In this document: positions 18,093-27,446 of the stretch, piece after piece
How positions within the stretch are numbered: position 1 is the first letter of the stretch
Layout: every line of letters begins with the position of its first letter
Source of the DNA: Anaerolineales bacterium
GTDB taxonomy: Bacteria; Chloroflexota; Anaerolineae; UBA1429
DNA: 44,343 nt
Assembly: GCA_039680625.1 (NCBI GenBank)
Contig: JBDKSN010000024.1
Span: 1 to 44,343, forward strand
Direction: 5' to 3'
The notes under the pieces: model-generated
What the model was told of the DNA's origin: nothing
The model's input: only the letters and a program-made list of their open reading frames with translations
The model's database searches: none
Translations under genes and position numbers: made by a program

Positions 18093-18961
18093 GCGCGAGT
18101 TTCTACACACACGAGGAGCTTCAGACCGGTGTGCCCGGGCTGGCCGATCCACAGCAGCTGCTCTACTCGGCCAGTGGCCCGATGCCAGCGCTCATCTTGG
18201 TGTGGCGGCATCCGGTGACTGACGAGCTATTGTTGCGCTACACCACGATGACGCCCCTCAGTTGGGAGCCATTCTCGATGATGGTCACCGTGCCGCAGAG
18301 CGATACCCAGACGGCCGACACCCTGCGCGTTGGCGCCATCTGTGTCATGGCCTGGGGCGGACGCCAAACGGCGCGCGCGCATTACCTCGCTGCCCTCGAT
18401 CTGCCCGTTGGCCTTGACCAGCTAGCCATCGCCCGTCTGCACCCGGTCGCGTCGCCTTATGGGCCAGTACCGCATCTGCGCGAGTGCCCGCTCAACGTGG
18501 AATGTCATGTGGATCGCATTGTCAACCACAATGGTTGGCGAAACTATTGGCTGATCGTCGACTGTTTTAGCCTCGATGAGGAGATCCTGCCTTTGCCGCG
18601 CGAGGTGGTGTTGCAGCGCTACCATCTCTACCAAGCCGACCGTGTGGGCAACGGTCAAGGTGGCCAGCAATTGCGACTTGGCATGGCCAGCGAGCTGAGC
18701 GAATGCCCGCGATTCCCCGTAGGCCCCAAGTCTGGCTGGTACTCGATATTCCCTCGCTGGGTAGACGAGCTTCGCGATGAGAGTTACCTCTCGCTCACGG
18801 AGCACGACAAACTCATCGCCTGGCACGACCGATATCTTGCCCTGTTCGACCAGGTGGCCAACCCAGAGCGCGTGACACTGCACGAGCAACTTACCTCCGC
18901 TTGCGAGGCCATCTGTTGGCAGGAATGGCCACACCTACATGCCCTACTAGCCGAACCCTAG
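18089..18961 (+). CDS. Flavin reductase-like protein with C-terminal extension, paralog 4 (subtype B)
   Basis: Start MSASFYTHEE via ATGA overlap with paralog 3 (GAGGAG RBS); SWEP, PHLRECPLNVEC; closest to paralog 1. Confidence 0.72.
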   Translation: MSASFYTHEELQTGVPGLADPQQLLYSASGPMPALILVWRHPVTDELLLRYTTMTPLSWEPFSMMVTVPQSDTQTADTLRVGAICVMAWGGRQTARAHYLAALDLPVGLDQLAIARLHPVASPYGPVPHLRECPLNVECHVDRIVNHNGWRNYWLIVDCFSLDEEILPLPREVVLQRYHLYQADRVGNGQGGQQLRLGMASELSECPRFPVGPKSGWYSIFPRWVDELRDESYLSLTEHDKLIAWHDRYLALFDQVANPERVTLHEQLTSACEAICWQEWPHLHALLAEP

Positions 18962-18982
18962 TATCGTCGGCAAGTCCACTGA

Positions 18983-19020
18983 GAGGGCGGGGCGGCAGGC
19001 TTGCTGGCCGCTCCTCCCTC
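18983..19020 (+). repeat. Right copy of island-flanking direct repeat (18983-19010), forming part of a hairpin (18983-19020)
   Basis: GAGGGCGGGGCGGCAGGCTTGCTGGCCG; 18983-18996 pairs with 19007-19020 (one mismatch, one G-U). Confidence 0.78.
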
Positions 19021-19053
19021 ACATCGCTCCTCTGCTCCGGCTCTCCCGGCCGG

Positions 19054-19082
19054 TTGCACTCTGATGGCAGGCTCGCTACAAT
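19054..19082 (+). promoter_or_regulatory. Putative sigma70 promoter of the MATE gene
   Basis: TTGCAC-N17-TACAAT. Confidence 0.6.
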
Positions 19083-19110
19083 CCGCCAACCACCGTGAGT
19101 GAGGAGTAGT

Positions 19111-20466
19111 TTGTCGGCCCCAAGCGCCCGCGATCTCGTCACCGGCAGCGTCTATCGCCACATCGTGCGTCTGGCCACGCCCACGGCCATCGAGCAGGCA
19201 CTGCTGGCGATCACCGGCCTCATCCATGCCTTTTGGATGGATCGGGTAGGCCCCTATGCGCTCTCGGCGGTCGTCATGGGCACGGCGATGCGCATCGTCC
19301 TGATCAGCCCGATGATGGGCCTCTCTGCGGGTGGCATGGCGGTGGTGGCGCACGAGATCGGTGCGCGCAACCGACTGGCTGCCGACCGCGCTTGTACGCA
19401 GACGCTGACTCTAGTCATGCTGATGGCCCTGCCCCTGATGGCCATCGGCCAGGCCTTTGCGCCGGTGTTCCTACGGTGGATGGGCGCCACAGGCGAGATC
19501 CACGCCAACGCCACGCAGTACGTGCGCATCATCCTCTGGGGCTTGTTCTTTATGGAGTGCCTGCCCACGATGAACGGGGTGATCCGCGGTGCGGGCCGGC
19601 CCGAGTTCACTTTGCGCATCACCATCGTGAGCCGCGTGGTGTTCTTTGCCCTCGAACCGATCCTGGCCTTTGGGCTGGGGCCGGTGCCCGTGCTCGGAGT
19701 GCGCGGTGTGGCGCTAGCCGAGGTGGTGGCCAACGCCGTGGGTGTCGGCGCGCAGCTGGTGGTGTTGCTCTCCAAAGACGGCTGCCTGACCTTGCGGCTC
19801 AGTGACCTCGCGCCCGACTGGGCGATGATGCGCCGGGTCATCCGCATTGCGCTGCCCAACTCGGCCCAGCGGCTCTCGCCGAATCTGGCCAATGCGCTGT
19901 TCCTGCGTCTCGTCGCGAGCCTGGGCCTCACCGTTCTGGCGGCCTATAGTGTGTTCACCCAGATCCAGACACTGGTGCAGGGGATCGTCGCCGGCCCGCA
20001 GTCGGCGGCCGCGACGATGGTCGGGCAAAACCTGGGCGGCGGGCAGCCAGAGCGTGCAGTACGCTCGGCGTGGTTCGGTGCAGCGCTCGGCGCGGCGCTG
20101 CCGCTATGCCTATATGCGATCATCAACCTGGCGAGCGGCCTGCTCTTGCCGATGCTCAACCGCGACCCGCAGGTGGTCGTTGCGGCGCGGCAGGTGCTGA
20201 CCTTTGCGCTGGCCTTTGGGTCGCTCAACGGACTATGGCTCGTGCTGGGCAATGCCCTGGCCGGCGCGGGAGATGCCGGCGTGCCCTCGCTCATCAGCAT
20301 TGTCAGCCTCTGGGCCGTGCAGCTCCCCGTCTGTTCCCTATTGGCTCACCGAGCGGGCCTGGGCCCAACGGGCGTATGGCTGGGCATGATCCTCGGCAAC
20401 CTGGTGTGTGCCGCGGGCATGGCCTACCGCCTGCGCTCTGGGCGGTGGCAAGAGATTCGCGTCTAG
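19111..20466 (+). CDS. MATE family efflux transporter
   Basis: DLVTGSVYRHIVRLATP start, IRGAGRP, ATMVGQNLG, GVWLG, RSGRWQ end; ~12 TM. TTG start after GAGGAG (alternative GTG at 19099). Confidence 0.88.
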   Translation: MSAPSARDLVTGSVYRHIVRLATPTAIEQALLAITGLIHAFWMDRVGPYALSAVVMGTAMRIVLISPMMGLSAGGMAVVAHEIGARNRLAADRACTQTLTLVMLMALPLMAIGQAFAPVFLRWMGATGEIHANATQYVRIILWGLFFMECLPTMNGVIRGAGRPEFTLRITIVSRVVFFALEPILAFGLGPVPVLGVRGVALAEVVANAVGVGAQLVVLLSKDGCLTLRLSDLAPDWAMMRRVIRIALPNSAQRLSPNLANALFLRLVASLGLTVLAAYSVFTQIQTLVQGIVAGPQSAAATMVGQNLGGGQPERAVRSAWFGAALGAALPLCLYAIINLASGLLLPMLNRDPQVVVAARQVLTFALAFGSLNGLWLVLGNALAGAGDAGVPSLISIVSLWAVQLPVCSLLAHRAGLGPTGVWLGMILGNLVCAAGMAYRLRSGRWQEIRV

Positions 20467-20469
20467 CCG

Positions 20470-21381
20470 CTATTCGGCTACGGCAGACGGCTCGATCAGC
20501 GCCTTGGTGAACACCCAATAGGCCTTGTGGATCGTCGCCCCCACCGCGCGGATGTAATAGTGCACCGGGCCGGCCCAGCTGATCTCGGCCTCAGGCCAAC
20601 CGTCATCGCGCAGAGCAGCGAGGCACAGCTTGAGCAAGGTGCCCCCGATGCCGCGCTGGCGATAGTCCGGATGGGTCAGCGTCGGGCCAAAGCGGTGCGG
20701 CCCAGTGACCCCGTATACGGCGAACGACACGGGCTGGCCGTCAGCGAAGGCGGCAAAGCCAGTGATCGGCTCGTTTGCGCCCGCCTCGAGCACCTCTGTG
20801 CGCCAGGCCTCGGATTGTAGGCCGCCGAAATCGGCGACCGCGGCGAGATCGTCGGTCGCGATACGGCGCACGGCGATGCCCTGCTCGGCCAGCGCGCCGA
20901 CAGCCCGGCGCACGTCGAGCGGCGCCTGAGCCAGCTCGACGCGCATGTCTACCCGGGCCACGCGATCGGTCTCATAGCCCAACCGCCAGAAGAGCGACAA
21001 CGCCGGCGCTAGCCGGACGTCGACTCCTGGATAGAAAAAGTTCGGCCCAACACCGCCCGCCAGCGCACGTTCGAGGCCCAGCTGGCGGGCCTGAGCCTCG
21101 AGCGTGTTTACCAGCGCCGTGGCGATGCCGCGGCGCTGGTGGTTGGGGTGCACGGCGACGTACTTGATGACCAAAGTCTGATTGCGCACGCATCCGATGG
21201 CAAAGCCGATCAGATCGCCATCTGCGGTCGCCATGAGGCGCAGTTCGGGCGACGAGGTCGGGTCTCCCCGGGTGAGGTGCGCAAAGGTGCGCGCGTTCAT
21301 CGTCGAGTCATAGCCCAGCGTTTGAAAGAGAGCCAACGCCGCCGGTTCGTGGGCCTCATCGAGTAGCGCGATATGGATCAT
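20470..21381 (-). CDS. Tandem GNAT-family N-acetyltransferase
   Basis: Two acetyl-CoA motifs (VHPNHQRRGIA; THPDYRQRGIG). True start MIHIALL overlaps the ATPase stop (ATGA). Confidence 0.85.
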   Translation of the reverse strand: MIHIALLDEAHEPAALALFQTLGYDSTMNARTFAHLTRGDPTSSPELRLMATADGDLIGFAIGCVRNQTLVIKYVAVHPNHQRRGIATALVNTLEAQARQLGLERALAGGVGPNFFYPGVDVRLAPALSLFWRLGYETDRVARVDMRVELAQAPLDVRRAVGALAEQGIAVRRIATDDLAAVADFGGLQSEAWRTEVLEAGANEPITGFAAFADGQPVSFAVYGVTGPHRFGPTLTHPDYRQRGIGGTLLKLCLAALRDDGWPEAEISWAGPVHYYIRAVGATIHKAYWVFTKALIEPSAVAE

Positions 21382-24167
21382 CCGGCATGCACCTGCTCTC
21401 GACGACGGCCGACGAGCTTGACGACTTCGGCGGCCACGAACACTATGGCGCTGAGCGCCAGACTGACCAGCAACTGCTCCCAGTGGAGCGGCACTGTACC
21501 AAAGATGCGTTGTAAGAAAGGCACATAGACCACGGCCAATTGCAGCGCCGTGGTGAGCAACACTGCGCCCAGCAGGGAGGGGTTCGACAGCAGGCCCAGC
21601 GTGAACAGCGACTCGCGGTCGGACCGCACCGACAGCGCGTTGCCCATCTGCGACAGGCTCAACACGGTAAAGACCATCGTCCGCCAGACGTACTCCCCTT
21701 CCCAGCCGAGCTGGTTGCCGGCGTATTCGGTGGCCAGCGACACGCCGCCGAGCAGCAGCCCCATCCAGAGGATATAGGTGCCCAGGCCACGCGCCAACAC
21801 GCTCTCGTTGGGCGGGTGGGGCGGTCGCGACATGGTGTCTGCGGCCGGATGCTCCATGCTGAGCGCCAGCCCGGGCAGCCCATCGGTAACCAGGTTGACC
21901 CACAACAACTGCACCGCTGTGAGGGGCAAGGGCAGCCCTAGAAGCGGGGCCATCAGCATGAGAAAGATCTCGCCCACGTTGCTCGACACGATGTACTTGA
22001 CGAACTTGCGGATGTTCTCATAGATCGTGCGCCCTTCTTCGATGGCATGCACGATCGTGGCAAAGTTGTCATCGAGCAGCACCATGTCGGCCGCTTCTTT
22101 GCTGACGTCAGTGCCAGAGATGCCCATGGCGATACCGATGTCTGCCCGCTTGAGGGCCGGTGCATCGTTGACCCCGTCGCCGGTCATGGCCACGAACTCG
22201 CCCTTGCTCTTGAGCGCCTCGACGATCTTGACCTTGTGCTCGGGGCTAACGCGCGCATACACCGAGATGGTCTCGACGACTTGGGCCAGTTCCTCGACGC
22301 TCATGTCTTCGAGCTGCCGGCCGGTGATGACCGCGTCTGTGCCGGCATCTGGCGCGGCGATGCCCAGGTCACGGGCGATGTTCAGCGCCGTAAGCGGGTG
22401 GTCTCCGGTGATCATCACGGGTCGGATGCCCGCTGTGCGACACTTGGCCACCGCTTCATGCACCTCAGGCCGTGGGGGGTCGATCATGCCCACCAGCCCG
22501 ACAAAGACCAGGTCTGTCTCGACAGTCTCGTCCGTCACCTTGTCGGGCAGCGCGGCCAACGGGCGAAAGGCGCCGGCCAACACGCGCATACCGTTTCCCG
22601 CCAGGTCCTCGTTGGCCTGGGCGATGCGATCGCGCCAGTCTTCATCCAGTGGGACGATGTGCCCCTCGTCATACACGTACCTGGAGATCTCGATCAGGCC
22701 ATCGGGCGAGCCTTTGGTAAAGGCGACATACTCGACATCCGCTAGCAGCGCGATGATCCCATGGACTGGGTCGCCCTCGCGGCCGTCCCAATCTGCGGGC
22801 ACACGGTGGATCGTCGTCATGCGCTTGCGCTCTGAGGAGAAGGGCACCTCGGCTACGCGAGGCAAGGCCTGCTCAAGGTCTTGTTTCCACAGGCCCTTCT
22901 GGGCCGCAGCCACTACCAGAGCGCCCTCGGTGGGGTCGCCCACCGCGCGATAGCGTTCGGCGCGCTCGGGATCAGGTTCGAGCGCAGCATCATTGCACAG
23001 GCTGCCCGCGGCCAGCAACACAGCCAGGTGTTGGTTTGCCAGCCCGAGCGGTGCGTCGCCCGGCGTCAGCAGCGCCCCCTCGGTGTCGAGGGAAGCCTCC
23101 AGGTCGAGCCGTGAGCCGGCGATGTCGAGCACCGTGACGGTCATGCGGTTCTCGGTGAGGGTGCCCGTCTTGTCCGAGCAGATCGTGGTCACCGAGCCCA
23201 GTGTCTCGACGGCCGGCAGCCGGCGGATCAGTGCCTGTCGCTTGATCATGCGTTGGCTGCCCAGGGCCAGGGCGATGGTGACCACGGCAGGCAGCCCCTC
23301 GGGCACGGCCGCCACGGCCAGACTCACTGCGGTGATGAACATGTCGACCAACGGCTGCTTGGCGACCAAGATGCCGACGACGAACACCACCGAGCAGATG
23401 ATCAGCGCACCGATGGCGAGCCATTTGCCCAGCTCGGCCATCCGCCGCTGCAAGGGCGTGGACTCTTGGCCGACGTCTTGGATCATATGGGCGATGTGCC
23501 CCAGCTCGGTCTGCATCCCCGTGGCGGTGGCGACGGCCGTGCCCCGCCCATAGACAGCGGTGGTGCCCATGAACACCATGTTGAGCTGGTCGCCGGTGGC
23601 CAGCGGCCCACTGAGCGGCTCGACGACTTTGTCGACGGGCACGGACTCGCCGGTGAGCGCAGACTCGTCTACGCGCAGATTCGCCGCCTCGATGAGACGC
23701 GCATCGGCAGGCACGCGCAGACCGGCATCGACATAGAACACATCGCCGGGCACGAGCTGTGTCGCCTCGATCTCTTGGGTGATGCCGCCCCGGCGGACGC
23801 GCACATGAGACACGGCCAACTTCTTGAGGGCGGCCATTGCCCGCTCGGCGCGATATTCCTGTACAAAGCCCAGGATCGCATTGAGGATGACGATCACGAG
23901 GATCATGATCGCATCGGTGAACGACTCGTTGGGGTCGTGTAGGGCGATCAAGAACGAGATCACGGCTGCCGCCAGCAGCACAATGACCATGATGTCGGTG
24001 AACTGGCTCAGGAAGATGAGCCAGGGGCTGCGCCCGCGACGCTCTTCGAGCTGGTTGGGGCCATATTGCTTCAGCCTACGCGCGGCCTCGGCGGGGTCTA
24101 ACCCCTCCATCGAGGTACTCAGCGCGCTCATCACTTCGGCAATGTCTCGGTCGTACCAGGTAGGCAT
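21378..24167 (-). CDS. Cation-translocating P-type ATPase (type IIA, Ca2+-like)
   Basis: [38 protein letters not shown]. Confidence 0.95.
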   Translation of the reverse strand: MPTWYDRDIAEVMSALSTSMEGLDPAEAARRLKQYGPNQLEERRGRSPWLIFLSQFTDIMVIVLLAAAVISFLIALHDPNESFTDAIMILVIVILNAILGFVQEYRAERAMAALKKLAVSHVRVRRGGITQEIEATQLVPGDVFYVDAGLRVPADARLIEAANLRVDESALTGESVPVDKVVEPLSGPLATGDQLNMVFMGTTAVYGRGTAVATATGMQTELGHIAHMIQDVGQESTPLQRRMAELGKWLAIGALIICSVVFVVGILVAKQPLVDMFITAVSLAVAAVPEGLPAVVTIALALGSQRMIKRQALIRRLPAVETLGSVTTICSDKTGTLTENRMTVTVLDIAGSRLDLEASLDTEGALLTPGDAPLGLANQHLAVLLAAGSLCNDAALEPDPERAERYRAVGDPTEGALVVAAAQKGLWKQDLEQALPRVAEVPFSSERKRMTTIHRVPADWDGREGDPVHGIIALLADVEYVAFTKGSPDGLIEISRYVYDEGHIVPLDEDWRDRIAQANEDLAGNGMRVLAGAFRPLAALPDKVTDETVETDLVFVGLVGMIDPPRPEVHEAVAKCRTAGIRPVMITGDHPLTALNIARDLGIAAPDAGTDAVITGRQLEDMSVEELAQVVETISVYARVSPEHKVKIVEALKSKGEFVAMTGDGVNDAPALKRADIGIAMGISGTDVSKEAADMVLLDDNFATIVHAIEEGRTIYENIRKFVKYIVSSNVGEIFLMLMAPLLGLPLPLTAVQLLWVNLVTDGLPGLALSMEHPAADTMSRPPHPPNESVLARGLGTYILWMGLLLGGVSLATEYAGNQLGWEGEYVWRTMVFTVLSLSQMGNALSVRSDRESLFTLGLLSNPSLLGAVLLTTALQLAVVYVPFLQRIFGTVPLHWEQLLVSLALSAIVFVAAEVVKLVGRRREQVHAG

Positions 24168-24250
24168 TCGATTACCTCTCTCGCTTTCGAGTGCGCTAGT
24201 GCCAGGGGCGTGTGGCCAATTGGCCCAGCGCCCCGAGGCGTGGTGTAGTA

Positions 24251-25111
24251 CTAGACGGCCAAATCGTGCAGGCCCGTCTCGCTCCAGCGGGCCTCGCGGG
24301 TGTGGAGCTCAACGCCGAGCAGGGCCTTTGCGCTGGCCTGCAGACGGGCAGCCGAGCGGGTGCTGACCAGCACCGTGGTGCCCACGGTGTCGTCTGCCGC
24401 AGCCAGCCCTGCGGCGGCCAACACGCGCTGCGTCTGGCGCGCCACCGGCTCGCCAGTCTCAAAGATGTGCATCCGGTCGCCGCACAAGGCCTCGATCGTG
24501 CGGCGCAAGAAGGGATAATGCGTGCACCCCAACACCAGTGCGTCGGCGTGCTCGTCGAGCATGGGTTGCAGGCACCGCTGTAGAGACTCGCGCAAGGCAG
24601 GCGAGTCGGTCTCGCCGCGCTCGACAGCCTCGACCAGCCCTGGGCAGACGACGTTCAACACGCGCACGCCCTCGGCGTGCTCGCGTACCACGGCGCCATA
24701 CAGGGAGCCGTTCAGGGTGAGGGGCGTGGCCAACACGCCTACCACGCGCGTTCTAGACCAGGCTGCCGCCGGCTTGATCGCTGGCACCATGCCGACGATG
24801 GGCACGTCAGGGAAGGTGGCGCGCAGCACCGACAGGGCCGCGCCCGAAGCGGTGTTGCAGGCCACGACGAGCGCCTTGGCGCCATGGTCGAGCAGATAGC
24901 GCCCAATGCCCAGCGCAAAACGCTGAATCTCTGCCGGTGGCCGCGGGCCGTAGGGGCAATTGGCCGAGTCGCCCACATAGAGGATGTCTTCGGCGGGCAA
25001 AAGCGACCATAGCGAACGCACCACCGACAACCCACCCACGCCCGAGTCGAACACGCCGATCGGCCCTACGCGCGATGGCTCGGCGGGCATGGCGATCAGT
25101 GGTGCAGGCAT
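24251..25111 (-). CDS. murI: Glutamate racemase
   Basis: FDSGVGG, PYG, ACNTAS, LGCTHYP. Confidence 0.95.
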   Translation of the reverse strand: MPAPLIAMPAEPSRVGPIGVFDSGVGGLSVVRSLWSLLPAEDILYVGDSANCPYGPRPPAEIQRFALGIGRYLLDHGAKALVVACNTASGAALSVLRATFPDVPIVGMVPAIKPAAAWSRTRVVGVLATPLTLNGSLYGAVVREHAEGVRVLNVVCPGLVEAVERGETDSPALRESLQRCLQPMLDEHADALVLGCTHYPFLRRTIEALCGDRMHIFETGEPVARQTQRVLAAAGLAAADDTVGTTVLVSTRSAARLQASAKALLGVELHTREARWSETGLHDLAV

Positions 25112-25626
25112 GGCTCACTCCCCAAAGAAGCCTGTGACTGCGCCCAGGCCTCGATGGCCTGGCGGTGGTTGGCAAAGGCGATGTCGCTGGGCAGCTCTGA
25201 AGGGGCAAAGAAGCGAGCCTCCGCGGCATCATCGCCGGGCGAGGCATCCGTCGTCGAGGCGTGCGCTGCATAGAGCAACAGCACGCCAAAAGGCTCCTCG
25301 CTGCCGCCAAAGGTGCTCACCGAGAGCAAGCCGTCGAGCTGCACCGCTACGCCCGTCTCCTCGAGGGTCTCGCGGATGGCGGTCTCCTCGGGATGCTCGC
25401 CCACCTCGGCATAGCCCGCCGGCAGCGCCCAATAGCCCAGGCGCGGCGACACGGCGCGCCGGATCAAGAGCACCCGTCCCTCCGACTCGACCAACGTCCC
25501 CGCGGCGACGATCGGGTTGACATAATGAACCTGACCACAGGCGGAACACACTGCACGCAGGTGGCCGCTGCGTTCGGCGGGCACCAGCTTGCCGCCACAG
25601 TTTGGGCAATAGCGGAGCGCCGTCAT
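25096..25626 (-). CDS. NUDIX hydrolase with N-terminal zinc ribbon
   Basis: YCPNCG...CSACG; Nudix box GYAEVGEHPEETAIRETLEETG. Confidence 0.9.
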   Translation of the reverse strand: MTALRYCPNCGGKLVPAERSGHLRAVCSACGQVHYVNPIVAAGTLVESEGRVLLIRRAVSPRLGYWALPAGYAEVGEHPEETAIRETLEETGVAVQLDGLLSVSTFGGSEEPFGVLLLYAAHASTTDASPGDDAAEARFFAPSELPSDIAFANHRQAIEAWAQSQASLGSEPCLHH

Positions 25627-25642
25627 GGGAGACCAACCACCT

Positions 25643-26623
25643 CTACGGGCGACGATCATACACCTGATCCTGCCCGACCCAGCGGCCCGGCGCCACCGCG
25701 GGGATGGCGGCGCGCTCTTCGGGGGTCAGGTGCACGCTGAGGCCCGTCAGTGTATCGTCGAGCTGCTCGACATTGCGCGCCCCCAAGATGGGGCAGGTGA
25801 CACGCGGCTCGGCCAGCACCCAAGCCAGCGCGAGCGCCGCCGGTGACACGCCTCGCTCGGCGGCCGCCGCGACGAACCCGTCGACGATCTCGAGCGCCTG
25901 CTCGGTATAGTAACGGTCATAGTACATGGGAAAGGTCGCCAGTCGCGTGCCGCTAGGCAGGCGGCCGTGGCCATACTTGCCGGTGAGCATGCCACCCGCC
26001 AGAGGGTTGTAGGTGATGACGCCCAACCCCTCGCGCTGGCACAGCTCGAGCTGCTCGCACTCGATGCTACGGTTCAGCGCGTTATAGATCGGCTGCAGAC
26101 AGATGAACTCGGTCAGCCCCGCAGCTCGCGCCTTGAAGAGAAACTCGGCCAGGTGCCAAGCCTTGAGATTCGAGCAGCCGATATAGCGCACTTTGCCCTG
26201 GTGCACCAGGTCGTCGAGGGCGCGGAGAGTCTCGTCGGGCTGGCAGGCATAGTCCCAGCGGTGGATCTGATACAGATCGATGACGTCGGTCTGCAGCCGG
26301 CGCAGGCTGCCTTCGACCGCACGCTGGATGTGGATACGCGACAGGCCGCCATCGTTGGGGCCAGGGCCCATGCGAGCATACACCTTGGTGGCGAGGACGA
26401 CCTCGTCGCGCAGGCCGCGCTCGTGGAGCCAGCTGCCGACGACGAGCTCACTGCCGCCCGTGGAATACTCGTCGGCCGTGTCGATGAAGGTGCCGCCTGC
26501 TTGGACAAAGCGATCGAGGATCGCGAACGAGGCGGCTCGATCGGCCTCCCGGCCAAAGGTCATTGTGCCCAGACACAGCCGTGAGACGCGCAAGCCAGAC
26601 TTGCCCAGTCGTACAACATCCAT
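25643..26623 (-). CDS. Aldo/keto reductase
   Basis: LGKSGLRVSRLCLGTMTFG, DTADEY, ATK, DLYQIH, GKVRYIG, PLAGG. Confidence 0.93.
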   Translation of the reverse strand: MDVVRLGKSGLRVSRLCLGTMTFGREADRAASFAILDRFVQAGGTFIDTADEYSTGGSELVVGSWLHERGLRDEVVLATKVYARMGPGPNDGGLSRIHIQRAVEGSLRRLQTDVIDLYQIHRWDYACQPDETLRALDDLVHQGKVRYIGCSNLKAWHLAEFLFKARAAGLTEFICLQPIYNALNRSIECEQLELCQREGLGVITYNPLAGGMLTGKYGHGRLPSGTRLATFPMYYDRYYTEQALEIVDGFVAAAAERGVSPAALALAWVLAEPRVTCPILGARNVEQLDDTLTGLSVHLTPEERAAIPAVAPGRWVGQDQVYDRRP

Positions 26624-26650
26624 CGCGTCCTCCCTCTCTCGCCGCACCGG

Positions 26651-27376
26651 TTAGTTGGCCGGCTTCAGCTGGATCTCGGTCGAGCCTCGGAAGGTGTGCG
26701 CCGAGCTGATATCATCGCTCTCGCCGGTGGCGACGATCACGCGATAGGTCTGGCCCGGCGTGAGCGGCTTGTCGTAGGCGTCACCCGAGTCGAGTGGAAT
26801 CTGAAACTCGATCAGCGTCTGCCCGTCTTGCTCGATGCCGCCAAAGGCCAACACATCCATCGTGCCACCCTGCGCCGTGTCCTCGGGGTGGTTGGGGCCG
26901 ACCGGCGCCAGGCCGATGGCATCATAGATCACCGGCGCGCCGTCGACCACCGCGCCGATGATCATGTTGGCGCCCTGCATACGGTTCTCGGGATCCAGGC
27001 CCACGGCCACCCAGCCGGTCGTCGGCCCTTGCATGGCCATATACATGGTATCGGCATCGTTTGCCCACCACAGCGCGAAATTGTCGATCAGCGTCTCGTG
27101 CTGATACTCTCCAAGCTGGATGATGCCGTCGGCCTTGCGCACCGTGGTCACCTCGACCTTCTCGGTTGGCTCGGGATACGCCGCCGTCGGCTCGGTCGAC
27201 TCCGGCGTGGCAGGCGGATAGTCTTCGGGAGCCGTCGTCGCTGTAGGAGCGACGGGAGCGGCGGCCTCGGGCTCGGTGGGTGTCTCGGCTGTCTCAGGGG
27301 TAGCCGCCTGGCCGCAGCCAGAGAGCAGCACCATGATCACGAGGCTGATGGCCAGCCCGTAGCGCATTGCTCGCAT
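26651..27376 (-). CDS. DOMON-domain lipoprotein
   Basis: Lipobox LSGC, Pro/Thr/Glu linker, TTGWVAVG...MQGANMIIG DOMON motif; GGAGGA RBS. Confidence 0.78.
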   Translation of the reverse strand: MRAMRYGLAISLVIMVLLSGCGQAATPETAETPTEPEAAAPVAPTATTAPEDYPPATPESTEPTAAYPEPTEKVEVTTVRKADGIIQLGEYQHETLIDNFALWWANDADTMYMAMQGPTTGWVAVGLDPENRMQGANMIIGAVVDGAPVIYDAIGLAPVGPNHPEDTAQGGTMDVLAFGGIEQDGQTLIEFQIPLDSGDAYDKPLTPGQTYRVIVATGESDDISSAHTFRGSTEIQLKPAN

Positions 27377-27446
27377 TGTGTCCTCCGGTTGACCCAGATA
27401 CTCTTCATCATACCCCAGCACGGGCGATCGAGCAAGGCGCCCAACC

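Larger units (their letters stand above)
5029..19010. mobile_element. Putative direct-repeat-bounded genomic island (~14 kb; regulator, ABC importer, flavoenzyme cluster); no mobility gene seen
   Basis: The direct repeats enclose one complete functional module and lie between the divergent fni and MATE promoters. The interior looks less GC-rich than the flanks by eye (not computed). Confidence 0.55.

Noticed and set aside
19111-20466. MATE transporter as the exporter of the flavoenzyme cluster
   Set aside because: It lies outside the right direct repeat, behind a hairpin, and has its own promoter-like sequence; a functional link is unsupported.
21382-21903. N-terminal extension of the GNAT ORF (477 aa in the track)
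   Set aside because: It overlaps the P-type ATPase in another frame; the ATGA-coupled start at 21381 is more plausible.
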